From an uncultured bacterium (GTDB lineage Bacteria > Auribacterota > UBA6266), in contig CBDURG010000002.1 of NCBI GenBank assembly GCA_965369805.1, positions 1 to 37,100 of the forward strand: 37,100 nt of DNA, given 5' to 3'. Below, piece after piece: positions 1 to 9,507 of this stretch. Position 1 is the first letter of the stretch, and the number at the start of each line of letters is the position of its first letter. The notes beneath the pieces were generated by a model. The model worked only from the letters and a program-made list of their open reading frames with translations, made no database searches and was not told the origin of the DNA. The position numbers were made by a program, and so were the translations under genes.

Positions 1-1255
1 CAACAAAGGGAGCGGCAACTACCAATACGCGCTTCGCCATTATAGATAATAAAAATAGTATTATCGACACCGACGCAATAAAAGTACCGGAACTTGGTTT
101 ATATCTCTCGGACCATAAAATAAAAAATGACCCGATTATCCCCAGAGGAAAGACCAGTTTCCCAAGCCACCATAGTTCGGAAAGCGTCGGTGAATTGAAC
201 GCGGATTCCCATAATTGACGAGCATTAAAACTAAGAAGTAATGGATTATCCGGTTTTGCCAATAAGAATTTCAATTTTTCGAAGAACATGCCGAAAACAT
301 GCGAATAGGCCGGGTTATAAAGGCCTGTCATATTTCTAGTCATCAGCAGTATAGAAAATACGAATGAAGCAAGCAGCAATCGGGTTAAGGGTTTTTTTGT
401 AATTTTTTTTAGGGGATATGAGATAAGAAGAGAATACAGACCGCACATCAATATGGATGTCCAGAATACTCTCTCTCTCAATACAGGAATGGTAAAACCA
501 GCCAAGAGCAATATGAGCAAGGCAGGAAAAAATTTTTTTAATAAAGTCGGCCTTGTCGCGTATATCAAAAAGAAAAAAGGCAGCATGCACATATAAATAA
601 AATGATTAAGGTGCCACGACGACACATTAAAGACAATCAAAAGGCCCAGGAACGCGACTCTTAGCGGATTTGGCTTACAGTCTAACTGTTTCAAAATTAA
701 GAGTACGCTGAACAACAAAAAAAACAGAGTAAAGTCTTCACGCAAAAAAGATCCTGACGCAATCCGCAGATAACTGACAGGGGTAGTAATATAATAAAGA
801 GAGGCCGCGAGTGAGACAAGGTTATTTTTAAATAACGTTTTGGTAATTAGAAATACCATTACGAGAGACAGGCTTGAGAAAAAACAACTCGCATATATAA
901 GAAAGAGATTAAAGGGTAATCCAAAACTAAATAACCTGTAAAGGAAACCATAAAAAAACTCCATCATTATTGTGTAATATTTAAAAACATTGATAGTCTC
1001 CGGATGCTGTATGAACTTATCATTTTTTAATAAAGGAAAAACATTTTCTCCTTCTTTTGCTGTAAGTTCCGCGTAACGGTAATGGAAAGCCGCCTCGGCA
1101 TAATATAAGGAGCCCGGCGCTGAGGGATTAAAATGGCTGTTCTTTTTTACTTTGACAATTTTGTAAAGGGAAGTACCAAGGACAAGGATTCCAAGAATAA
1201 GGCATATGCTGATAAATTTTATATTGAAACGCCTGGTATATGAATAATCTTGCAT
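1..1255 (-). CDS. GT-C superfamily multi-pass membrane glycosyltransferase (DPY19/STT3-like), runs off the left window edge
   Basis: Not in the ORF track because there is no stop in the window. Manual translation from ATG 1255 stays open to base 1: MQDYSYTRRFNIKFISICLILG...LYAEAAFHYRY...NDKFIQHPETINVF...FLREDF...SSWHLNHF...SHVFGMFFEKLK...IMAKRVLVVAAPFV. It has many hydrophobic segments and starts 1 nt after the radical SAM stop. Confidence 0.75.
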   Translation of the reverse strand, partial: MQDYSYTRRFNIKFISICLILGILVLGTSLYKIVKVKKNSHFNPSAPGSLYYAEAAFHYRYAELTAKEGENVFPLLKNDKFIQHPETINVFKYYTIMMEFFYGFLYRLFSFGLPFNLFLIYASCFFSSLSLVMVFLITKTLFKNNLVSLAASLYYITTPVSYLRIASGSFLREDFTLFFLLFSVLLILKQLDCKPNPLRVAFLGLLIVFNVSSWHLNHFIYMCMLPFFFLIYATRPTLLKKFFPALLILLLAGFTIPVLRERVFWTSILMCGLYSLLISYPLKKITKKPLTRLLLASFVFSILLMTRNMTGLYNPAYSHVFGMFFEKLKFLLAKPDNPLLLSFNARQLWESAFNSPTLSELWWLGKLVFPLGIIGSFFILWSERYKPSSGTFIASVSIILFLLSIMAKRVLVVAAPFV

Positions 1256-1256
1256 A

Positions 1257-2711
1257 TTATTTCGCACTATATCTTAATATATGAAACGCCCGTTTGGCAA
1301 GAAAGGGGAGGTCTTTCAGTTTAAAATATTTTCTTTTCAAAAGACACACCATTCTAAGAAATTCTCCTTTTAATTTTATTATGTTTCTGTCCGTTTTGCT
1401 GACACCGGGCAGATCCATTATAAATAGGCCTTCTTTTTGCCAACTTTCCCAACTATCCCGGAATACAGGGTTCAACAAGTTATGTTTACAAGCAATATCG
1501 TATAATTCGCTGCCCGGATATGGTGTTGCTATTGACCAGCTGATATAATCTACAAGATTATTTTTAACCAGTTTCCACGCGAAATTCAGTGTATTTTGGG
1601 TCATTCTCATATCTTCGTAGAACAATTTCCCGTTTTCTTCCCATACGTTAAAAAGCATAAAAAGCGCCATAATTTTTATATTATATTTTTTCAAGAGTTT
1701 ACAAGTCAGCTCCACGTCCTTTAAATCTATACGCTTATTTATGCCATTCAGTGTTTCCTGATTGCCGCTTTCAATTCCGAGGTGCACATACCAGCAGCCT
1801 GACGCGGCCAATTCTTTCGCGAGTTCTTCTGTGAATGGGCTAACCCGTAATTGTGTCTTCCAGGTTATCCCCAAATTTCTTTTTTTAATTTCACGGCATA
1901 TAGATAAAGAATGTTCTAAATTGCAGTTAAATTCATCGGAGTTATCAAATATCTCTTTTACAGAAAAATTATTCTTTAGGTACTCCATTTCATCAACTAT
2001 ATTTTGCGGGCTGCGGAAACGAACAACCGGTTGCGATGATTTCCATACACTATTAGAACAGAATGTGCAATTGTACGGGCAGCCCCGAGAAAAAAACATA
2101 GTTGCCTCCGGACTCTGTTTCGACATATACCATCCCTTATATTCCGCAATGTTAATCAAGTCCCAGGCAGGGAAGGGAATACGGTCTAAAGGCGTTATGA
2201 ATTTAGATGGCGCATTTTGGCGTACTCTACCATCAACATTAAGACATATTCCCGGAAGGTTCGCGAGCTCAGACAAATTCTTATCTTGGGATATTAGTCT
2301 CACAATCCGGCTGAATGTCTTCTCGCCTTCTCCTATTACTACTATATCCGCTCCGCTGGCCTTAAGTGTTTCCTCCGGCAGGGTAGTAGCATGAGCGCCG
2401 CCCATCACAACTATTGAGGAGGGTAGTATTTTTTTTGCCTCTTGAGCTAACTTTGACGCGCCGTAGGCCAGGGTAGTATAGAAAGAAATCCCCACTATGT
2501 CCGGCTTAAAAATTTTTATTTCCTGAAGCGTACTTTTATATCCTATTTTACAGCCGTCAGTTATCTTGATTTCTACATTCGCCATTCTAGAACGAAGATA
2601 TGATGAAAGATACAGTATACCCATAGGCGGCCACATATTTTCTCCCAAGACCTCATACGGCGAGTAAATAAGAGAAGGAGCGAAGATTAAATGGACTTTT
2701 ATTTTATTCAT
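1257..2711 (-). CDS. cobalamin-binding radical SAM protein (class B methyltransferase-like)
   Basis: N-terminal B12-binding region (WPPMGILYL, DIVGIS, MGGAHAT), CxxxCxxC motif (RGCPYNCTFC), GIESG and PYPGS motifs. Confidence 0.9.
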   Translation of the reverse strand: MNKIKVHLIFAPSLIYSPYEVLGENMWPPMGILYLSSYLRSRMANVEIKITDGCKIGYKSTLQEIKIFKPDIVGISFYTTLAYGASKLAQEAKKILPSSIVVMGGAHATTLPEETLKASGADIVVIGEGEKTFSRIVRLISQDKNLSELANLPGICLNVDGRVRQNAPSKFITPLDRIPFPAWDLINIAEYKGWYMSKQSPEATMFFSRGCPYNCTFCSNSVWKSSQPVVRFRSPQNIVDEMEYLKNNFSVKEIFDNSDEFNCNLEHSLSICREIKKRNLGITWKTQLRVSPFTEELAKELAASGCWYVHLGIESGNQETLNGINKRIDLKDVELTCKLLKKYNIKIMALFMLFNVWEENGKLFYEDMRMTQNTLNFAWKLVKNNLVDYISWSIATPYPGSELYDIACKHNLLNPVFRDSWESWQKEGLFIMDLPGVSKTDRNIIKLKGEFLRMVCLLKRKYFKLKDLPFLAKRAFHILRYSAK

Positions 2712-2874
2712 TATTTTCGACTATAACAAAAACAAAATATCCCCGCAATGTATTTCAATAATATGTGTTATAAACTAATTTCATCCGCTATTCTCCATTT
2801 TCTTCGCTTTAATCAGTTGAATTTTTGACACACTTAACTTATCATCTATTTAAGGGGGTATTACAAAAGAAATT

Positions 2875-3837
2875 ATGAAAAAGAACAAAAAAACTGAAAT
2901 TGATGCCTTAAAAGCTCAGGTTGCCTCAAAATCCGGCAAAAAGCTTTTAAGGAACAATGATATAATTATAAAAGAGGACAAGGAACTTGTCGATTACACA
3001 AGGCTGATTAAAAATCTCGACACAAAAAGTATTTCATATGTAGGCATAAAGCCAATATCAATAAAAAACATAATAGGCAGTGTGGATCGTTATACCGATT
3101 TTACCAGTAAATTTTTTACAGCGAAGGACATAAAAAGCGCGAAATATTTAAGCGTGCTTAACGCGGTAAAAAGTGGAAAAGAACTTGCTCCAATAAAAGT
3201 TTATCAGGTTATGGACAATTATTTTGTCATAGATGGGCACCACAGAGTAACTATAGCAAAAAACGTCTTTAAAACTGAATTTATAGACGCTGAAATAACA
3301 AAAGTGGGTTTCGAACTTGATCTCAAATCCGGAAAAAAGTATACATACAACTCCGCAACGGCAAAGAAGTTTCTAATACTCCTTGAAGAAAAAAGCTTTG
3401 AGGAAAAGACACATCTAAAAAATAACATTTTAAAATATCCTATAAAAGTAACCAATCTTACAAGCTTTGCCAAGCTATACGAAGCAATCCTCTCGTTTAA
3501 GGAATATCATGATAAAGGCAGGTTAAAAAACAGGGAAATAATTTACGCGGCTTACGAATGGTATGAAAACATCTTCATACCCGCGATTCATGTAATCTTC
3601 AAGGATAGGCTCTTGAAAGATTTTCCTGATAGAACCTATACTGACCTTTACGTCTGGGTTTCTCTTCATAAATACTATTTGTCTCAAGAAGTCGGTTATG
3701 ACGTAGGCTTCGATTTCTCAAAGAAAGATTTTATAAAAAAATTTAAGCCTGAGAAGATTACAGATATTATCCCTTCAATATTCACTAAATTTTTCAAAGG
3801 TATTGCCAGGCCTTCCAAGAAAAAGGGTACAACATGA
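2875..3837 (+). CDS. ParB/Srx-like N-terminal domain protein with DUF4032-like C-terminus
   Basis: IIGSVDRY, PIKVY...YFVIDGHHRV (ParB/Srx core) and C-terminal TDLYVWVSLHKYYLSQEVGYDVG. Confidence 0.7.
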   Translation: MKKNKKTEIDALKAQVASKSGKKLLRNNDIIIKEDKELVDYTRLIKNLDTKSISYVGIKPISIKNIIGSVDRYTDFTSKFFTAKDIKSAKYLSVLNAVKSGKELAPIKVYQVMDNYFVIDGHHRVTIAKNVFKTEFIDAEITKVGFELDLKSGKKYTYNSATAKKFLILLEEKSFEEKTHLKNNILKYPIKVTNLTSFAKLYEAILSFKEYHDKGRLKNREIIYAAYEWYENIFIPAIHVIFKDRLLKDFPDRTYTDLYVWVSLHKYYLSQEVGYDVGFDFSKKDFIKKFKPEKITDIIPSIFTKFFKGIARPSKKKGTT

Positions 3838-4541
3838 TAAAAATACTAGCCGTATCGGACAGAGAAAGCGCTTCACTGGAAAACATACTGAAAAAAAATC
3901 CGGCTATTTCCAAAAATCTTGACTACCTAATCTCATGCGGAGACCTTGGAAAAGACTATCTGACATACCTCTCCGGCTCGTTAAACCTTGAGCTGATGTT
4001 TGTTTACGGAAATCATGATGTCCGGCAAAAAGAAAGCCCCTGCAGAATTCAACCGGCCGCTTTTAACTCAAGAATAGCCCTCCCCGGCAGTAATCTCCAT
4101 AAGAATTTCATCAAACGGGGAGAATATTCATTAATCGGATTTGAGGGCTCACGGTGGTATAACGGGCAGGGAACACAATATGAAGAAAAAGAGATGAAAA
4201 GTCATGTCAATTCCCTATTAAAAAAAATTAAGCTGAAACATATGTTCGGTAAAATATCCGGAAAGCCTAAAAATCCGCTTATTGTCGTATCGCACGCGCC
4301 CATCGCGGATGTTCACGATCTCAAAGACCCCTGCCACAAGGGCTTTAACTGCTTCAAAACAGTTATTGAAAAGCTGCAGCCTGTCCTATGGCTGCACGGG
4401 CACATCCATCAACCAAGCCTTTTAAAAAACCAGGCTACAACATATGAAAGCACCAGGATCATAAATGTCTGCGAATACAGGTTTATAAGTATTGACGCGG
4501 GTGGAAAGATAAAAGTTTCATACAACTGGGACAAGATTTAA
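3834..4541 (+). CDS. calcineurin-like metallophosphoesterase
   Basis: Motifs AVSD, CGDL, GNHD, SHAP, HGHIH; ATGA overlap with the upstream gene. Confidence 0.85.
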   Translation: MIKILAVSDRESASLENILKKNPAISKNLDYLISCGDLGKDYLTYLSGSLNLELMFVYGNHDVRQKESPCRIQPAAFNSRIALPGSNLHKNFIKRGEYSLIGFEGSRWYNGQGTQYEEKEMKSHVNSLLKKIKLKHMFGKISGKPKNPLIVVSHAPIADVHDLKDPCHKGFNCFKTVIEKLQPVLWLHGHIHQPSLLKNQATTYESTRIINVCEYRFISIDAGGKIKVSYNWDKI

Positions 4542-4569
4542 AAAAGCAGTGAATAGTATATAGTAAGAA

Positions 4570-5982
4570 TTAAACCTTTACCATTTTAAGGGTATTAGCG
4601 GTCGCATCGTGATGAGAATCACCGGATATCATAACCAAAACCTGGCCTTTTTTAACAAGGCGTTTGGTTAAAAGCTTACGGCGGCCTTCACTAATAAGTT
4701 TCGAATAATCCTTGTTTCCCTTTATAAGGACCGGTATTACTCCATTATAAAGACACAGCCTTTGGGCAACCACCGGTGACGAAGCAAGAGCTATAATAGA
4801 CGCGGTGGGTTTTCTTTTGGAAAGATTCAAAGCTGTTTTACCTGTTTCGGTATAAACAACTATCCAGTTTGCTTTTGATTCTGCCGCTGCTTCACAAGCA
4901 GCGTGAATAATAGAAAAAGCCAGGCCTGTTTTCTCGCTGTCAAACCCCGTTACAATCCGTGGTTCGTATCCGCTGGACTCTGAGTTACCGGCAATTTTAT
5001 TCATCATGCTTACAGCTTTTACAGGGTATTTACCCACTGATGTCTCACCGGATAACATAACAGCGTCCGTACCATCAAAAATAGCATTTGAAACGTCACT
5101 CACTTCCGCTCTTGTCGGAATAGGGTTTTCTATCATGGATTCCATCATCTGGGTCGCGGTTATTACCGGCTTGTACATTTTATTAGCAAGGCTTATTAAC
5201 CTTTTCTGCACCGGAGGAACCTGCTCCGCGGGAATCTCTGTGCCCAAATCTCCCCTGGCAACCATTATTCCGTCAGATAAATTTAAAATCTTTTCAATAT
5301 CTTTCAGGGCTTCGGGTTTTTCTATCTTCGCGATAACAGGAAGATCTATTCCCCTACGCTTCATAAAAGATTTTATCATTTTAATATCGCCGGCCGAACG
5401 GACAAAAGACAAGCCCAGGTAATCAACACCTATTTTAGCCGCGCAAATAAGGTCTTTTTCATCCTTAGCCGTCAGTGACGGAGAACTTATTTTTACCCCC
5501 GGGAGATTTATTCCCTTATGGTTTTTTATTATGCCGCCGTTTATAACCTTACAATATACTTTGGTTGACTCCTTCTTTAAGGCTTTTAACTTTATGAGGC
5601 CGTCATTAACAAGTATGGTGTCATTCTTCTTGACGTCTTTGACAAAATCTTTGTATATAGTAGGGATTAACCCTTCCTTTCCCTTAACATCTCTGTCGGT
5701 TATAGCGACAATACTGCCTCTCTTTACTGTTATATGGCCGTTTTCAAAAATTCCAACCCGAATTTTAGGGCCCTGGAGATCTGCCAGTATGCCTATGGGC
5801 CTGTCAAAATACCCGGACACTTTCCTTATGGTTTTTACTATTTTTTCAGCTTCAGAATGTTCGCAATGAGAAAAATTAACGCGGAATAAATCAACGCCGG
5901 CTGAAACCATACTCTTTAATGTAGAAAATGTATGAGCAGCCGGCCCGACAGTCGCAATTATTTTTGTTTTGATAGCCTTCAT
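4570..5982 (-). CDS. pyk: pyruvate kinase
   Basis: TKIIATVGP, RVNFSH, DLQGPKIR, AKIE, MVARGDLG, ATQMMESM, PTRAEVSDV, MLSGET. Confidence 0.97.
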   Translation of the reverse strand: MKAIKTKIIATVGPAAHTFSTLKSMVSAGVDLFRVNFSHCEHSEAEKIVKTIRKVSGYFDRPIGILADLQGPKIRVGIFENGHITVKRGSIVAITDRDVKGKEGLIPTIYKDFVKDVKKNDTILVNDGLIKLKALKKESTKVYCKVINGGIIKNHKGINLPGVKISSPSLTAKDEKDLICAAKIGVDYLGLSFVRSAGDIKMIKSFMKRRGIDLPVIAKIEKPEALKDIEKILNLSDGIMVARGDLGTEIPAEQVPPVQKRLISLANKMYKPVITATQMMESMIENPIPTRAEVSDVSNAIFDGTDAVMLSGETSVGKYPVKAVSMMNKIAGNSESSGYEPRIVTGFDSEKTGLAFSIIHAACEAAAESKANWIVVYTETGKTALNLSKRKPTASIIALASSPVVAQRLCLYNGVIPVLIKGNKDYSKLISEGRRKLLTKRLVKKGQVLVMISGDSHHDATANTLKMVKV

Positions 5983-6014
5983 AACGTATCCCCTCTTTAA
6001 ACTTGGTATTGAGT

Positions 6015-6044
6015 ATTATAAAAGTTCAGAGGTAATGATGTAAA
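6015..6044 (-). promoter_or_regulatory. putative sigma70 promoter for pyk
   Basis: Minus strand reads TTTACA-N18-TATAAT, about 30 nt upstream of the pyk start. Confidence 0.45.
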
Positions 6045-6061
6045 GAAGTAGATGTGTTTTT

Positions 6062-6358
6062 TTAATTCAAATCCCAGTTGAAGGCTTTTATGCCCTCTTT
6101 GCCGCGCTTTTTTCGAAGTTCCGCAACGCCGCTAATTATTTTCCCTGCTGTTTCACTTTCACAGGCAACATATATTAAATTATTTTTGCCGGGCCATACA
6201 TCATTCCCAAGCCTGGTTCCGGACAATGCGCCTTTGCCAAAAACTCCCTGTAACTTTGTAAAATAAGGCATACAGCAACGACCTAAAACTTCCATCACTT
6301 CATCATCCATTGCCTCATAATAAACCACCATTACCATTTTTAATTCTTTGTCAGGCAC
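6062..6358 (-). CDS. small PII-like transporter-associated protein (PG0541-like)
   Basis: 98 aa with GVFGKG...GNDVWPGKNN; last gene of the RND operon; GTG start with an AGGGG RBS. Confidence 0.65.
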   Translation of the reverse strand: MPDKELKMVMVVYYEAMDDEVMEVLGRCCMPYFTKLQGVFGKGALSGTRLGNDVWPGKNNLIYVACESETAGKIISGVAELRKKRGKEGIKAFNWDLN

Positions 6359-6369
6359 TTAAATACCCC

Positions 6370-9300
6370 TTAGTTAACTATCTTCCGGTTCTTTTCTTTT
6401 CGCATTTCAAATATAGCATATACGGTTGGAATCAGCAACAAGGTCACAAACGCTGATACACTAAGCCCCCCTATCATAGTAATTCCTAACGGCTGCCAGG
6501 ATTCGGAACCCTCACCCCGGAAAAACGCCAGCGGACACATCGCGACTATGGTTGAAAGCGTAGTCATTAACACAGGCCTAAGACGATCCCTGCAGCCGCT
6601 GATTATAGAATCCTTAACGGAAAAATCCCTTGATCTAAGAATATTGATATAACTTATCAGAACTATGGCGTTGTTTACCACAATACCCATAAGCATAACT
6701 ACCCCGAGGAAAGACATAACATTCAAAGTGGTTCCTGTAAGAATAAATGCCAGAAGCACACCGGTAAATGTAAATGGGATTGAAAAAACCACAATAAAAG
6801 GGTCCCGGAAAGATTCAAACTGCGCGGCCATAACCATGTATACAAGTATAATTCCAAGAACAAGAAGTGTGAAAAGATCTTTAAAGGCTTCTTTCTGTTC
6901 TTCCGCTTCCCCCCCGAAATTTATAGCCACTCCCTCCGGCAAAGGCATTCTGCTAATTTTCATTCTTACATCCGCGACAACTTCTCCCATGGAACGATCG
7001 TGGGTATTGCATTCAACCATTAAAACCCTCTCGCGGTTTTTTCGTTCTATTTCCAAAGGGCCTACTGTTTCTTTAACTTTTGCTATATTGCTTAGCCGTA
7101 TCTGCCTGCCGGAATACGGTGAAATCACAATAAGATTTTGTATATCCTCAATGCTCTGCCGAAAGGACTTTTCAAGTCTTACCGTTATATCATAAGTGTT
7201 ACCCGCCTCCCTGTAATTTGAAGCCACACCTCCTTCAATATAAGTTTTCAATGTCTGGCTGATGGTAGTCATATCAAGCCCGAGAGAAGACGCTTTTTCC
7301 CTGTCAACCTTAATTATTATCTCCGGGCGGTTTATTTCACGTGAAATGCTTATATCAACGGCACCTTCAACATTCCTCATGACTTCCATAATGCCTTTAG
7401 CAACCTCATCAGTTTTTTCGAAAGAATTGCCAATTACTTCCACCTGAATACTTTTGCCCCCGCCCCCGATAACCATTTGTCCGATAGGGCTGCCGGTTGC
7501 TATCCCCAGTTTTACAACGCCGCCTATTTTTTCAATTTTTTCTCTTACCACCTGCGCAATTTCCCATATAGACCTTTTTCTCTCATCTTTTTTTACACAC
7601 TTTACCCCGGCCTCGCAGAGATTATTCCCCATACTGTGCCCGAGAGCAGCGGCTATCCCCGGCATCTTACCGGATCTTACAAACATATATTTTTTCTCGG
7701 GGACTTCTTTTTCAAAAATCTCTTCTATTCTCGCGGCGACCTTATCGGTCTCTTCAACTCTGGTTCCCACAGGAAGTTCGGCAGTCACCCGCAAATCACC
7801 TGAATCTTCTTCAGCAAAAAAATCCGCCCCTATAAAAGAAGCCATTGATAAGCTTGTAAAAAAAATAACCGCAAACGCAAAAGCTACAATGCCTTTATTC
7901 TCTATGCAAAATTTAATCAAAGACGCGTATATCCTCTCAAGGGCCGTAAAACCTTTTTCAGAAGCGTCATATAATGATCCGAATTTTGATTTCTTTACTG
8001 ATTTCCCCGCGGAAGGTTTCATCCACTTTGAACACAGCATCGGGGTAAATGTGGCACAGGTAAAAAGGGCGCCAAAAAGCGTAATTATAATAATAGCGGC
8101 CAGCTCGCCAAACATGATTCCCACCACTCCCCTTACAAAAAGCAGCGGCGCAAAAACTACAACCGTAGTTAAGGTGGAGGCAGCCACCGCAAAAAATATC
8201 TCCATAGTGCCGTATATCGCCCCTTCCCTCGGACGCTCCCCCCTGGCCACATGCCTGGTAATGTTGTCAACAACGACAATTGCGCCGTCAACTACCATGC
8301 CAAGAGCTATAACCAGAGATGAAAGGCTTACTATATTTATGGTTTTATTGGCTACAAAAAGGTATATAAATGACAAAAGAAGAGAGAATGGTATTGTAAA
8401 AGCAATGATAAGGCTCGACTTAAAACTCCTTAAGAAAAACCAAACGACCAGAACTACAAGCAAAATCCCATACCAGAGGTTTGTTTTAAGCGTGTCGATA
8501 GAAGTAACAATGTCCGCGGAAGTATCAAAAATAATTTTAGCCTTAACATCAGGCGGAAGTTTTTTTATTAGTTCATCAAGTCTTTTTTTAACCCTCCGGG
8601 CAACCTGAACTGAATTTGTTCCCACCTGTTTCTGCACCATAAGAAAAAGGCCCGGGTTTTTATCAACCCTTACATGCATATCCAGCTCTTTGAACCCGTC
8701 TTCTATTCTCGCGACATCTTTAAGATATATGAGTCTTCCGTTTCTTTTACCCAGCGTCACATAATTAATCTCCTCGGGATTTTCAAATTCCCCGGGAATC
8801 CTTACAAGATAATCCGTTAGCCCCGTTTTTACATTTCCAACAGGCTGGGTAATATTTTCACGCCTTAAGACATCCTTAATATCAAGAACCGAAAAACCAT
8901 ATCCCTCAAGCTTTTGTCTGTCAATCCATATGTTAATCTGCTTCTGGAACCCCCCGTACAGCTGAACAGTACCCACTCCGGGAAGCTGCTTCAGCTGATC
9001 AACGATCTTGTTATCTACCATATCGTAAAGTTCTATATAAGATTCGTCTCCCTGTATTCCAATCTGAAGTATTGGAATATTCGCCGTGTTAAATTTAAAA
9101 ATAAAAGGGTTTTCCATTTCGTCCGGTATGTCCGGAAGAAATCTTTTTGCCAGCTCGATCCTGTCTCTTATATCGTTTGAAGCCTCATTAAGATCCACTC
9201 CCCACGCAAATTTTAATGCCACCAGCCCAATGCCTTCCATACACTTTGATGTAATTTTCTCCAGCTGCGGTGTAGTAGCAAGCTGGTTTTCCAATGGCTC

Positions 9301-9492
9301 AACAACATTGGTTTCAACATCCTTGGGGCTCGCCCCGGGATAAACCGCTATAACCGAAATTACCGGCGGTTCGATTTCAGGAAACAAATCAACTCCCAGC
9401 CTGGTAATACCGTATAGAGCAATTACAATAAGCCCAAGAAAAATAACTATGTTTGTAACAGGCCTTTTAACCCCAAATTCCGGAAGATTCAT
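6370..9492 (-). CDS. RND efflux permease (AcrB/AcrD/AcrF family)
   Basis: 1040 aa; RPV N-terminus, YPGASP, GMVVDGAIVVVDNI, GIVVNNAIV, RLRPVLMT. Confidence 0.95.
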   Translation of the reverse strand: MNLPEFGVKRPVTNIVIFLGLIVIALYGITRLGVDLFPEIEPPVISVIAVYPGASPKDVETNVVEPLENQLATTPQLEKITSKCMEGIGLVALKFAWGVDLNEASNDIRDRIELAKRFLPDIPDEMENPFIFKFNTANIPILQIGIQGDESYIELYDMVDNKIVDQLKQLPGVGTVQLYGGFQKQINIWIDRQKLEGYGFSVLDIKDVLRRENITQPVGNVKTGLTDYLVRIPGEFENPEEINYVTLGKRNGRLIYLKDVARIEDGFKELDMHVRVDKNPGLFLMVQKQVGTNSVQVARRVKKRLDELIKKLPPDVKAKIIFDTSADIVTSIDTLKTNLWYGILLVVLVVWFFLRSFKSSLIIAFTIPFSLLLSFIYLFVANKTINIVSLSSLVIALGMVVDGAIVVVDNITRHVARGERPREGAIYGTMEIFFAVAASTLTTVVVFAPLLFVRGVVGIMFGELAAIIIITLFGALFTCATFTPMLCSKWMKPSAGKSVKKSKFGSLYDASEKGFTALERIYASLIKFCIENKGIVAFAFAVIFFTSLSMASFIGADFFAEEDSGDLRVTAELPVGTRVEETDKVAARIEEIFEKEVPEKKYMFVRSGKMPGIAAALGHSMGNNLCEAGVKCVKKDERKRSIWEIAQVVREKIEKIGGVVKLGIATGSPIGQMVIGGGGKSIQVEVIGNSFEKTDEVAKGIMEVMRNVEGAVDISISREINRPEIIIKVDREKASSLGLDMTTISQTLKTYIEGGVASNYREAGNTYDITVRLEKSFRQSIEDIQNLIVISPYSGRQIRLSNIAKVKETVGPLEIERKNRERVLMVECNTHDRSMGEVVADVRMKISRMPLPEGVAINFGGEAEEQKEAFKDLFTLLVLGIILVYMVMAAQFESFRDPFIVVFSIPFTFTGVLLAFILTGTTLNVMSFLGVVMLMGIVVNNAIVLISYINILRSRDFSVKDSIISGCRDRLRPVLMTTLSTIVAMCPLAFFRGEGSESWQPLGITMIGGLSVSAFVTLLLIPTVYAIFEMRKEKNRKIVN

Positions 9493-9507
9493 CCCGTTAG
9501 ACCTCCA

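Noticed and set aside
7454-8608. 384-aa plus-strand ORF and other long antisense ORFs (e.g. 1762-2394, 6665-7195, 14547-15119)
   Set aside because: They are shadow frames opposite well-supported genes and have no recognisable motifs or RBS.
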